Source of the DNA: Pseudomonadota bacterium
GTDB taxonomy: Bacteria > Bdellovibrionota_F > JAHFAK01 > JBDREC01
Assembly: GCA_043820105.1 (NCBI GenBank)
Contig: JBDREC010000028.1
Location: 62,001 to 90,972, forward strand
Reading direction: 5' to 3'
DNA length: 28,972 nt
Of this stretch, positions 17,654 to 27,400 are shown piece by piece. Position numbers and translations under genes: made by a program. The notes beneath the pieces were generated by a model that saw nothing but the letters and a program-made list of their open reading frames with translations, had not been told where the DNA came from and did not search any database. Every line of letters begins with the position of its first letter. Position 1 is the stretch's first letter.

Positions 17654-18841
17654 TTAACTAACATGAAAGTCTTTTCGAGGTAATTGATACGTAATAGATA
17701 CAGCAATTCCACTGGATATTTTTAAGCAATGTTGTTTATATGATCTCATTACTTCGCGAATTGCTGTTGAATCATTTAAAACAATCCCCAATTTATACTC
17801 ACCTGTCTTAAAGTAAAAAGGACCCAAAGTTAATTTTATAATATTTTTACCTTTTTTTAAATCAATCTTTAGACCCAAACGCAGACTATGCCATTCACCT
17901 ACTTCTACTCCCATATTATCATAGAAGTTAATTCTCAAAATATTATTTAGCATTCCTTCTCTACAATCAATCTTTATTGTTACACCAATAGTCTCACCAT
18001 GCTTAATTTTCATATTGTCAAAATCGATAGTTGCATTTTCAATAGGATCATAAATTTTTATAAATTCAGGGCCATCAATATTATTTGAATCACCCATATC
18101 AGTATACTTTTGTACTCCACCTTCAACATCCCCATAATATACAGTTTCTCCCTTGTCGAGATTCAAGCATTTATTACACATTTGAGCAATACTTGACATA
18201 TTATGTGATACTAATACAACTGCCGCATTTTTTTTAATTGTTCCAATACGATCAAAACACTTATTCCTAAATTGGGCATCTCCTACAGCTAAAATTTCAT
18301 CAATTAATAAAATATCTGGTTCACAATGAACAGCTATGGCAAAACCCAACCTGACATACATTCCAGTGCTATAGTTTTGAACAGGCGTATCCAGATACTC
18401 TTCTAAACCAGAAATCTCAACTATTTGATCAAATTTTTTTTCGACCTCCCGTTTAGATATTCCCATTACAGCAGCATTAATATAAATATTTTCTCGTCCA
18501 GTCAATATGGGACTAAATCCAGCACCTAAGGCAATCATGGCTCCAATCCGGCCCTTCATTGTTATTCTACCAGTATCAGGTTTTAGCAATCCATTTAGCA
18601 TTTTTAACATTGTTGTTTTTCCTGCACCATTTGGACCTATTAGGCCCATTACATCTCCTCGTTCAACCATAAAACTAGCATCCTTAACAGCCCAGAACTC
18701 TTGTTTTCTTAGCTCACTGCTTTTTCTATCTCTACCTAAAACTTCTGACGTCATGTCATTTAAACCAAACCACAAACTATAACGAAGTCTTTTGCAAAAC
18801 TTCTTAGAAATATTTTCAACATTTATTAAAGTATCAGACAA
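17654..18841 (-). CDS. wzt: Polysaccharide ABC exporter ATP-binding subunit with C-terminal domain
   Basis: FWAVKD, Walker A GPNGAGKT, GAGFSPILTGREN, YSTGM signature, ILLIDE, VSH, C-terminal extension. TTG start with GGAG RBS. Confidence 0.92.
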   Translation of the reverse strand: MSDTLINVENISKKFCKRLRYSLWFGLNDMTSEVLGRDRKSSELRKQEFWAVKDASFMVERGDVMGLIGPNGAGKTTMLKMLNGLLKPDTGRITMKGRIGAMIALGAGFSPILTGRENIYINAAVMGISKREVEKKFDQIVEISGLEEYLDTPVQNYSTGMYVRLGFAIAVHCEPDILLIDEILAVGDAQFRNKCFDRIGTIKKNAAVVLVSHNMSSIAQMCNKCLNLDKGETVYYGDVEGGVQKYTDMGDSNNIDGPEFIKIYDPIENATIDFDNMKIKHGETIGVTIKIDCREGMLNNILRINFYDNMGVEVGEWHSLRLGLKIDLKKGKNIIKLTLGPFYFKTGEYKLGIVLNDSTAIREVMRSYKQHCLKISSGIAVSITYQLPRKDFHVS

Positions 18842-18853
18842 TGAAAATCTCCT

Positions 18854-19711
18854 CTATGCATTTATTTTTTCGATTAAAATTGGCATTGTAATTTTATAGA
18901 TTACCCATGCAATAATTAACAAGGCAAAGATAATCAAAGTGGTTATAAAAAATGAAATGGGGTTATTTAGTACACCCTTTGTTGCTAAATCACGTGCTCC
19001 AATTAAAATAGAGGAAACAGGATTTAAGACATTTATTAATGATAATGGAAATCCTTGCATAGGTGGATAAATTACAGGAGTAAAGAAAAACCAAATCATT
19101 GATAAAAAGGTTAGCCCTTTTGAAACATCGGCATATAAAACTCCAATTGGAACTAATAACCAACCAATTGAAAGGCCTAGAAATATTAAAATCAAAACAG
19201 CAAAAATTGAATAAAAAATACCAAATGTAAAGGACATATCAAATATTACAAATACAACAAGTATTATTAAAAACCTTAATACAAAGTTAAAGATAGTCTG
19301 CCCTAAACCTGATAATATCAATGCTTCCTTAGGAAAGTTTACTTTTGACAGCATTTCCTTTGATGAATTAATAATTTTTAAAGGTGCATTTAAAGCATCA
19401 ACAAATACTTGCCATAAAATTGTACCAACTAAGGCATATATTGGATAGGGTATATCTGTTTGACCTACATTAATTATTTTATTTTTATTAAGTAAAATGA
19501 AAACTGCACCAGTTACTATCGGTGGAATGAAAGCCCAAAAAATTCCCAAAAAGGTTTGCCTATATAAAGATGAAATATCTCTTATCATCAATCTATATGC
19601 CAACTCCTTTGAAGCCAATAAATCGGAAATCATACCTTTAAATAAATCAACTGGATGATTAATTGCTGATCCAGTGGTGTAAACAGTTACTTTTAATTCA
19701 TTTTCAGCCAT
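18854..19711 (-). CDS. wzm: Polysaccharide ABC exporter permease
   Basis: RDISSLYRQTFLGIFW, SKVNFPKE, FFTPVIYP, LNP; multiple TM helices; adjacent to wzt. Confidence 0.92.
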   Translation of the reverse strand: MAENELKVTVYTTGSAINHPVDLFKGMISDLLASKELAYRLMIRDISSLYRQTFLGIFWAFIPPIVTGAVFILLNKNKIINVGQTDIPYPIYALVGTILWQVFVDALNAPLKIINSSKEMLSKVNFPKEALILSGLGQTIFNFVLRFLIILVVFVIFDMSFTFGIFYSIFAVLILIFLGLSIGWLLVPIGVLYADVSKGLTFLSMIWFFFTPVIYPPMQGFPLSLINVLNPVSSILIGARDLATKGVLNNPISFFITTLIIFALLIIAWVIYKITMPILIEKINA

Positions 19712-19720
19712 AATTTTTTA

Positions 19721-19860
19721 TCAAAAACCTCGTACTTTTAAATTAATTAAATAAACCAGACTAACTGCTTTTTAAAAAAAAGTCTTTTCATATCATTTCC
19801 ACCAAAACATAAATTAGAAGCTTGTTCAGGTATTATTAACTTCCCTATTTTTTTACAAGT
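19721..19860 (-). pseudogene. 3' remnant of an SMP-30/gluconolactonase-family gene (frameshifted)
   Basis: - strand reads KKIGKLIIPEQASNLCFGGNDMKRLFF, then after a shift in the T8/A5 run AVSLVYLINLKVRGF-stop. This matches the family C-terminal pattern PE..SN.CFGG.D...LF.....Y.I.L.V.G. Confidence 0.7.
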
Positions 19861-19862
19861 AA

Positions 19863-20367
19863 AAGAAATTATATGTCTAGGCTAAATTTGAAATCCTTTT
19901 TTTCAGGAATATAAAATATCCTCTATAATTTTTAATACCCTGCTTTTTCCAAAGCCATCAATCAAATTCTGACAATTTCTGGACATTGTAACTCTTAACT
20001 CATGCTCATTTACAAGCTTATAAATGCTGTCATGAAGTTCTGATTCCTTTGCACAGGAAAAATTATCAATTTTTATAACAGCTTTAACTTCTTCAAGCTT
20101 TGAAGAAACAATGTCTTCATGTTCGATTGATGGAATGATTATCCCTGGAGTCCCGGTTGCAGCCAGTTCTAAGGCCAAGCTTCCACCTGCTGTGATTGCA
20201 ATATCTGACTCAGCCATGACTTGAGCTATATTCGAAACATATCTTAAAACTTCGAATTTGCAGTTGCCCTTTTCTGCTGTAGCTGTTACTTCAAATTCTT
20301 TTTGTGAGGCGGGTCCCAAGATAATAAGAATTTTTACACTAAGGTTTAAATTTCTTAAGGAATTTAC
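19863..20367. repeat. ~505-bp direct duplication, copy 1 (copy 2 = 21941..22445)
   Basis: Similarity includes ~40 bp beyond the stop codon (aagaaat.atatgtctag...gaaatcctttttttcagg) and ends at ...aaggaatttac. Confidence 0.92.
19903..20367 (-). pseudogene. 5'-truncated copy of the PseG/SpsG-like gene at 21981..23018
   Basis: Colinear with 21981..22445 (offset 2078), about 18 mismatches in 465 nt by manual count; N-terminal half missing. Confidence 0.9.
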
Positions 20368-20729
20368 GGGAGTAAAGACGCGACCCGTCCTTTAATAACT
20401 GCTTTACCAGAAGTTGGATCGGTGATTCTTGTTAGGACTTTAAGTAATGTTGATTTGCCGGCACCATTTTTACCAATAATCCCAACAATTTCTCCTTGAT
20501 TAACATTAAAAGATATATCATTTAATGCCCAAATTGTATTCGGCTCAGGCCCTGCCTGTGGATCATCAGGTGCAATCATTAATTTACTGGATCCGATTTT
20601 ATGAAGATTTTCTTCCTTGCCTCGGGCTTTATGCCAAAAACGCTCAACAGAATCGCGTAAGGTAGTGGCTCCGATTAAGCCTAATCGGTATAATTTTGAA
20701 ATGTTTTGTACTTCTATAATTGGTTTCAT
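20364..20729 (-). pseudogene. wzt: 3'-truncated Wzt-type ABC ATPase
   Basis: SKLYRLG, IWALNDISF, Walker A GKNGAGKST, ends at GRVASLLP-stop, just before the expected Q-loop region (GxGFxPxLTGREN); stop lies at the junction with the duplicated segment. Confidence 0.9.
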
Positions 20730-20730
20730 G

Positions 20731-20800
20731 GTTTTTGGTTCTTGGTTTTTGGTTCTTGGTTCTTGGTTCTTGGTTCTTGGTTCTTGGTTCCTGGTTCGTG
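20731..20800. repeat. Heptamer tandem array (GTTCTTG)x10
   Basis: gtttttg gttcttg gtttttg (gttcttg)5 gttcctg gttcgtg. Confidence 0.95.
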
Positions 20801-20815
20801 GATTTGCATTTAAAA

Positions 20816-21286
20816 CTACTTCTGAATTTTATTTAGAAATCTTTTTATCTCCTTTTCAACCGTATCTTTTCCATCATTCCACTGTTGGGCCAAAAGTTCT
20901 ATTTGAGGTTTTTTTAAAGAAAACATATAAGAGCTTCTAAAAACGTGTCTGAATCTTCTCATTTCATCAAGAATGGGAAATGTTTTTTCGCTAATAACTG
21001 AGGGTCTTATATTTCGTACATTTATACGCATTCTTTCAATCAACTCGCGATGCCAGGAAGAAGGATTTTCCACTCTATTTTCAAAAACCTTTGCGATTTT
21101 AAAAAAGATATCCTCAAGGCAAGAATAAATTCCGCTTAAATGATATGCGGCAGTGACTAAATGTGAATGATCGTCAATATTTTTCAAATTAAATTTCAGT
21201 TTTTTATCTAGTTCTTTTACTTGATTTAAAACAAACTCAATTTCAGAAAAAAGTGTGTTAATGATAGATTGATTATTTTTTTTCAT
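20816..21286 (-). CDS. HEPN-domain (HepT-like) toxin
   Basis: YSCLEDIFFKIAK, SSWHRELI, RPSVIS, LDEMRRFRHVFRSSY; overlaps the upstream nucleotidyltransferase. Confidence 0.8.
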   Translation of the reverse strand: MKKNNQSIINTLFSEIEFVLNQVKELDKKLKFNLKNIDDHSHLVTAAYHLSGIYSCLEDIFFKIAKVFENRVENPSSWHRELIERMRINVRNIRPSVISEKTFPILDEMRRFRHVFRSSYMFSLKKPQIELLAQQWNDGKDTVEKEIKRFLNKIQK

Positions 21287-21629
21287 AAATTTTCATCCCA
21301 TCTTCTAATATTTTACTATTTTTAATATCCACCCAAGGAATTAAATCAAAAGAAAAAGGAAATAACTTTTCTAAAAAAACACCTGCTTGTAAAAATAAAT
21401 TTTGAGATAAGCCTTTCACAACAATATCTGCATCAGACTCACTTCTATAAAACTCAGGTTTAACTAAAGATCCAACTAAATATATTGTTTCAATCTCAGG
21501 ATATTTTTTAATAAACTTATTAATACCAGATTTTATTTTTGCAATTTTAGTAATTCTTTCAGAATCGATTTTTTTCTGTTGTTCTTCAAAAAAACTTTGG
21601 ACAGAATTTTTTAAAAATTTATTTTTCAT
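21273..21629 (-). CDS. Minimal nucleotidyltransferase (MntA-like antitoxin)
   Basis: IYLVGS...SDADIVV...FDLI (GS + DxD + D), 118 aa. Confidence 0.85.
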   Translation of the reverse strand: MKNKFLKNSVQSFFEEQQKKIDSERITKIAKIKSGINKFIKKYPEIETIYLVGSLVKPEFYRSESDADIVVKGLSQNLFLQAGVFLEKLFPFSFDLIPWVDIKNSKILEDGMKIYEKK

Positions 21630-21650
21630 ATTTCTATTTATATTTTTTAG

Positions 21651-21736
21651 GGTCTTGGTTCTTAGTTCCTGGTTCTTGGTTATTGGTTCGTTGTTCGTGG
21701 TTTAAAACAAAGAACCAAGAACTACGAACTAAGAAC
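21651..21736. repeat. Heptamer array (GTTCTTG-like)x7 plus inverted (CAAGAAC-like)x4, potential hairpin
   Basis: 21651-21699 forward units; 21709-21736 aaagaac caagaac tacgaac taagaac. Confidence 0.9.
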
Positions 21737-21738
21737 AA

Positions 21739-21879
21739 TCAAACCGTATCAATAAAAGTTCTTTCCACCTTGTTAAAAATCAAAACACCTGTGATTAGTA
21801 CAACAAATGTTACTGTACAGGAAATAATCATATGATTTAATTCAACGACGCCCTTACCCAGAAATGCATACTTGAAGCT
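21739..21879 (-). pseudogene. wzm: 3' remnant of a Wzm-type ABC permease
   Basis: SFKYAFLGKGVVELNHMIISCTVTFVVLITGVLIFNKVERTFIDTV-stop, a typical Wzm C-terminus; an in-frame stop lies 7 codons upstream and the rest of the gene is absent. Confidence 0.85.
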
Positions 21880-21905
21880 TATTGAAATAATTATGATTTA
21901 AGCGC

Positions 21906-21918
21906 ACTACCGTCCTTA
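21906..21918 (-). promoter_or_regulatory. ops/JUMPstart-like 13-mer TAAGGACGGTAGT (copy 1)
   Basis: Identical to 24152..24164; resembles JUMPstart AAGGGCGGTAG with one substitution. Confidence 0.4.
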
Positions 21919-21980
21919 AATTTTCATGTTTTTATATTCAAAGAAATGATATGTCTAGCTAATAAATGAAATCCTTTTTT

Positions 21981-23018
21981 TCAGGAATATAAAATGTCCT
22001 CTATAATTTTCAATACCCTGCTTTTTCCATTTCCATCAATCAAATTCTGACAATTTCTGGACATTGTAACTCTTAGCTCATGCTCATTTACAAGCTTATA
22101 AATGCTGTCATGAAGTTCTGATTCTTTTGCACAGGAAAAATTATCAATTTTTATAACAGCATTAACTTCTTCAAGTTTTGAAGAAACAATGTCTTCATGT
22201 TCGATGGATGGAATGATTATCCCTGGAGTTCCGGTTGCAGCCAGTTCTAAGGCCATTCTTCCACCTGCTGTGATTGCAATATCTGACTCCGCCATGACTT
22301 GAGCTATATTCGGAACATATCTTAAAACTTCGAATTTGCAGTTGCCCTTTTCTGCTGTAGCTGTTACTTCGAATTCTTTTTGTGAGGCTGGTCCCAGGAT
22401 AATAAGAATTTTTACACTAAGGTTTAAATTTCTTAAGGAATTTACAATATCAACAGTTAAGTTGGTAGGATCAGATCCACCCATTGAAATCATTATTTGT
22501 TTAACTTCCTTTTTAATTTTTCTCTTGGGAAGTTTTTCAAAATCAGAACCCAAAATTGTGTACTCTGGACCAATATAATATATAGTTTGATCACTTTTTT
22601 CAAAATATTGATGCATTTCTTCTGCAATGGACCCATTAATCAAAACATTTGAATTGATCATTTTATTCCCAAGATCATCAATAATGACAGTTTTAATCCC
22701 TTTGTCATGTAAGATAGACAGATCAACAAATTCCATTTCAAATAAATCAAACACAACTAAGCCTGGGCACTGAGCTTCAATTATTTTTATTTGATCATCA
22801 ATTCCCATATCTTTGTCAATAACTTGAATATTGTAGCCCTTGTCTTTTACAACCTTCACTCCATCTTCATAGTCCTTCATCATAAATGATACTTCAAACT
22901 CAGAAAAGAGCATTAGCTCTTCAGCAAGTGCCATGCACCTAAAAACATGTCCCAAAGAAACAGAGTAAACTCTACCACCATCAACTCTAAATATTATTTT
23001 TCTAGATTTATTGTTCAT
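21981..23018 (-). CDS. PseG/SpsG-family UDP-sugar hydrolase / GT-B protein
   Basis: FRVDGG...SLGHVFRCMALA, IIDD, YIGPEY, SMGGSDP, DIAITAGG, DGNG. ATG 23018 follows GAGGA and is preferred over TTG 23030. Confidence 0.82.
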   Translation of the reverse strand: MNNKSRKIIFRVDGGRVYSVSLGHVFRCMALAEELMLFSEFEVSFMMKDYEDGVKVVKDKGYNIQVIDKDMGIDDQIKIIEAQCPGLVVFDLFEMEFVDLSILHDKGIKTVIIDDLGNKMINSNVLINGSIAEEMHQYFEKSDQTIYYIGPEYTILGSDFEKLPKRKIKKEVKQIMISMGGSDPTNLTVDIVNSLRNLNLSVKILIILGPASQKEFEVTATAEKGNCKFEVLRYVPNIAQVMAESDIAITAGGRMALELAATGTPGIIIPSIEHEDIVSSKLEEVNAVIKIDNFSCAKESELHDSIYKLVNEHELRVTMSRNCQNLIDGNGKSRVLKIIEDILYS

Positions 23019-23040
23019 AGGTTTCCTCAAACTGGACCAT

Positions 23041-23105
23041 CAGCCTTCTGCCTTCAGCCTTCCGCTTTTTTAGCTGAAAGCTGATAGCTGAAATCTGAAA
23101 GCCTG
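23041..23105. repeat. Paired heptamer arrays (CAGCCTT)x4 and (TAGCTGA)x4-5
   Basis: cagcctt ctgcctt cagcctt ccgcttt tt tagctga aagctga tagctga aatctga aagcctg. Confidence 0.85.
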
Positions 23106-24119
23106 CTATTCTAATAATTCGCGTACTTTCAAATGCTCTTTCCAAAAAAATATCAAACCAATAAAAGTAAGAAGTATATACTGGCTACCATGAGAAAAAA
23201 TTGCAAAGGTATCTGCAAAGTTTTTTTCTAGCCCAATTGAAACAAGTGATAGCATACCAACGTAGTGAAAGGTACCAAAGTAGCCAGGTGCAGAAGGAAT
23301 CAATGAAGCAAGACCCAGGGCTCCAATATAAAACATGCAATCAAGACAAGATACCTTTGAAAAAATATTGGGATCAATTGAGATAAAAAGATAGAATGTT
23401 CCATACATACAGAAAGTCATTAGACCCCAAATAAATGCCGTATAAAAAAGTAAAATAGAAAATGATGAAAAACTTAATAAATTTTTCATTCCTTCTCTAA
23501 AATCATTTATTTTATAGAATATGAAAGAAAGTTTCTCTGGCACAAAGCGCTTAAAAAAGCTTTCTAATTTAAATTTAATTATACAAACCAATGATAGCCC
23601 AACGACAGAATACAAAACAAAAGCCGCTAGAGTGCCATTTTTAAGTAATACCAAAATGTTACTTTGAGAGCTAAAATCAAGAAGCCAAAATGAAAGAATT
23701 AGAAAGACTAAAAGAAAATATCCATCAAACAGCCTTTCAAGAATAAGCGCTGATAAAAGGCTTCCTGTTTTTATTTTTTCAATCTTAGCAAGTGATCCAA
23801 TTCTAAAGAGTTCCCCAAGACGAGCTGGCAATAGATTGTTCGCCATTTGGCCAATTGATATATTACTAAATGAGGATAAAAGTGAAATCTTTTTTATGGG
23901 TCTTAAAATAAACTGCCATCTATAGGCTCTAATGACATTAGTCAAAATAAGAATTAAAGCGATCCACAAGTAATGAATGTAATTTAACCTTGCAAGGATT
24001 GATAAGATTTTATCAAATTTCAGGTCTTTGAAAAATAAATAAAGAAAGCAAAGGCTTATTAAGATACCAAAGATAAATTTATATATAATAGATGATTTAG
24101 ATTTAGCTTTTTCAACCAT
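23106..24119 (-). CDS. Lysylphosphatidylglycerol synthase TM-domain (flippase-like) membrane protein
   Basis: RAYRW, NNLLPARLGELFR, LERLFD, IPSAPGYFGTFH; many TM helices. Confidence 0.85.
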   Translation of the reverse strand: MVEKAKSKSSIIYKFIFGILISLCFLYLFFKDLKFDKILSILARLNYIHYLWIALILILTNVIRAYRWQFILRPIKKISLLSSFSNISIGQMANNLLPARLGELFRIGSLAKIEKIKTGSLLSALILERLFDGYFLLVFLILSFWLLDFSSQSNILVLLKNGTLAAFVLYSVVGLSLVCIIKFKLESFFKRFVPEKLSFIFYKINDFREGMKNLLSFSSFSILLFYTAFIWGLMTFCMYGTFYLFISIDPNIFSKVSCLDCMFYIGALGLASLIPSAPGYFGTFHYVGMLSLVSIGLEKNFADTFAIFSHGSQYILLTFIGLIFFWKEHLKVRELLE

Positions 24120-24151
24120 ATTGAAAAGTCATTTTTTCCCGATTTAGATGA

Positions 24152-24164
24152 ACTACCGTCCTTA
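24152..24164 (-). promoter_or_regulatory. ops/JUMPstart-like 13-mer TAAGGACGGTAGT (copy 2)
   Basis: 32 nt upstream of the ATG at 24119, the first glycan gene of the - strand block. Confidence 0.45.
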
Positions 24165-24360
24165 GTAACATATAAATAATTAAAAAATACCACATTCTAA
24201 TAATGAAAAACTTATAAGTCTAGTTAAAAGATTTGAGATATTTCTAGTCTATTGTGCTTTTATTAACTTTTATTTTTTCGTGTTCCCTTGTGCTCTTGTT
24301 CCCTAACTTGACTGGAGCTCTGGCGAACATGTGTTTAGGATAAATACCTGACAATACACA

Positions 24361-24410
24361 TAGGAGATTAGGATAAAGAATTAGGATTTAAGATTAAGAT
24401 TTAAATTTGA
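24361..24410. repeat. Degenerate heptamer array (TAGGATT-like) just after the PFOR stop
   Basis: taggagattaggataaagaattaggatttaagattaagatttaaatttga. Confidence 0.55.
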
Positions 24411-24413
24411 GAA

Positions 24414-27400
24414 CTATTTTTCTTCAGATTTGCAGTTGATTTCTGAAAGCTGAGTATAAAGGCTGTTTCTTCGATCAGTATCAGATTGTGCCATTTTACC
24501 CAGTTTTTTAGCAGCTTCTGGATTCATTCTGTGCAGCACTTTAAACCTATTTTCAGAACCAGCAAAATCTGACATTGTAATTGAAGGAGCTTTGCTATCT
24601 AGCATTAATGGATTTTTGCCTTCTTTAATATTGTCTGGGTTAAATCTAAGGAGTGGCCAGTGACCTGAATCAACAGCTTTTTTTTGTGCTCTATAACCTT
24701 CTGTCATTTTAATTCCATGAGCAATACAATGTGAATATGCTAAGATGATTGAAGGGCCATTATAGGCTTCTGCTTCCATAAACGCTTTAACAACTTGGTT
24801 TTGACTAGCACCCATTGCAACTTTTGCCACATAAATATTTCCATAAGTCATAGAAATCAGACCCAGGTCTTTTTTAGCTGTTGGTTTTCCACCAGCGGCA
24901 AATTTCGCTACAGCACCCATTGGTGTTGATTTTGAGGCTTGACCACCAGTATTTGAATAAACTTCAGTATCTAAAACAAGTAAATTAACGTTTTTACCAG
25001 AAGCTAGCACGTGATCTAAGCCGCCATAACCAATATCATAGGCCCAGCCGTCACCGCCAACACCCCAAATAGATTTTTTCACAAAGTAATCTATATATTC
25101 AACGAGCTGTTTTGCTCTTGTATCATCACTTGCATTTAGTTTTTCATTTAAAGTACAGATTTTGCCTCTTAGCTCCTCAATTGCAACTAGTGTTGATTGA
25201 TCATGCTCCATTATTTCTTTTAATAATGTCTTTGTTTCTTCACATGAATAATCTTCAACCATGCTTGAAGCAAGTTCAAATGCTTTGGCTGTAAACATAT
25301 CAACTGAGAGCTTCATTCCAAAAGCAATTTCTGCTGTGTCTTCAAAAAGTGAATTATTCCATGCAGGTCCCCTGCCATCAGCGCGCCTGGCATAAGGAGT
25401 TGTGGGTAAATTTCCGCCATAAATTGAAGAACAACCTGTTGCGTTTGCAATGATTGCCCTATCACCAAATAGTTGTGTTAAAAGTTTAACATATGATGTT
25501 TCACCGCAACCAGCGCAAGCGCCTGAATATTCAAATAATGGTCTTAAAAATTGGCTTCCTTTAATTGTTCCTGGTTTAAAAAGATTTAAATCAGTCTCAG
25601 GTAAATTTAAGAAAAAGTCATAATTAACTGCTTCTTGTGTTCTTAAAGGAAGTTGAGGCATCATTTTAATAGCTTCATCATCTTTTTTCAAACACATATC
25701 AACACAGTTTCCACAACCTGTACAATCTTCAGGAGCTACTTGCAGTGTAAATTTCATATCTTTAAAGGATGGACCTTTTGCATCACATGACTTAAAAGTC
25801 TCAGGAGCGCCATCTAAGCATTTTGCATCATAAGCTTTCATTCTGATTGTAGCATGAGGGCAAACCATAGAACAAACACCGCATTGAATACAAGTTTCAG
25901 CATTCCAAACAGGAATATTAACTGCAATATTTCTTTTTTCATATTGAGTAGTAGCTGTTGGCCAGGTTCCATCTGCTGGCATTTCGCTAACTTTCACATC
26001 ATCACCTTGTTGTGAAATAATTTTTGCTGTAACATTTTGCACAAACTCAGGAGCATTTTCAGGAACAGCAGGTCTCATATGTATTGTAGAGCTAACTTCT
26101 TTTGGATAAGTAACTGCATCAAAATTATTAAGGCCGGCTTCAACTGCTTTAAAGTTCATATTTACAACTTCTTCACCCTTAGAGCCATAAGATTTCCTGA
26201 TCGCATCTTTGATCGCATTAACTGCAGTCTCAATTGGAATGACATTTGAAATCTTAAAGAAAGCTGTTTGCATAATAACATTAATTCTTTCACCTAAACC
26301 AATTTCAGCACCTAATTTAATACCATCAATAACGTAGAATTTTAGTTCTTTTTCAATAATTTGTTTTTGAACTTCAGCTGGCATTTTATCCCAAACTTCT
26401 TCTTTTGAAAATGGTGAGTTTAGTAAGAAGGTTCCACCATGTTCAACATTTTTGAGCATGTTATATTTTTCTAAAAATGAAAAATTGTGACAAGCAATAA
26501 AGTTTGCACAAGTTACTAAGTATGGTTTTCTAATTTTATTTTTACCAAATCTTAAGTGAGAGACTGTAACAGCTCCTGCTTTTTTTGAATCATAAACAAA
26601 ATAGCCTTGAGCAAAGTTATCTGTTTGTTCAGCGATAATTTTGATTGAATTTTTGTTAGCGCCAACAGTTCCATCTGAACCTAGGCCATAAAACATTGCT
26701 CTGTAATAGCCAGTTTCACAAGCCTGGGTTGGATTATCTTTAATATTTTTATAATCAAGTGATGTATTTGTAACATCATCTTCAATACCAACTGTGAAAT
26801 GGTTTTTAGGATTATCTAGACTTAAGTTTTCAAAAACAGAAATAACCATTGCTGGTGTATATTCTTTTGAGCTTAGTCCATATCTGCCACCATAGATTTT
26901 TGGAAATTCATTAAAATGTTTATCACCATTAATCATGTCTTCTGTAATAGAAGCAACAACATCTTCATAAAGTGGTTCGCCTAAGCAACCTGGTTCTTTT
27001 GTTCTATCAAGAACTGCAATTTTCTTAACAGTCTTAGGTAAAGCACCAATAAAATCAATGGCAGACCATGGTCTGTAAAGTCTAACTTTTAAAACACCTG
27101 TTTTTTCGTTCTTAGCATTTAAATATTGGCTAGTTTCAACTGTTGTTTCAGCACCACAGCCCATAATAATAACAACTTTTTCAGCATCAGCACAGCCTTC
27201 GTATTCAAAAAGTTTATATTGACGGCCAGTTAATTTTGCAAATTTGTTCATTGTTTTTTGAACAATCGCAGGACAAGCATCATGATATTTATTAACAGCT
27301 TCACGGCCTTGAAAATAAACATCTGGATTTTGGCTTGTTCCTCTTAGAGTTGGTCTATCAGGAGACATTCCTCTGTTTTTATGAGCAATAACAAACTCAT

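Noticed and set aside
20617-20940. + strand 107-aa ORF with (LVLGSWF)n
   Set aside because: Translation of the heptamer array, antisense to real genes.
20731-21736. CRISPR array
   Set aside because: Contiguous 7-bp units with no spacers and no cas genes.
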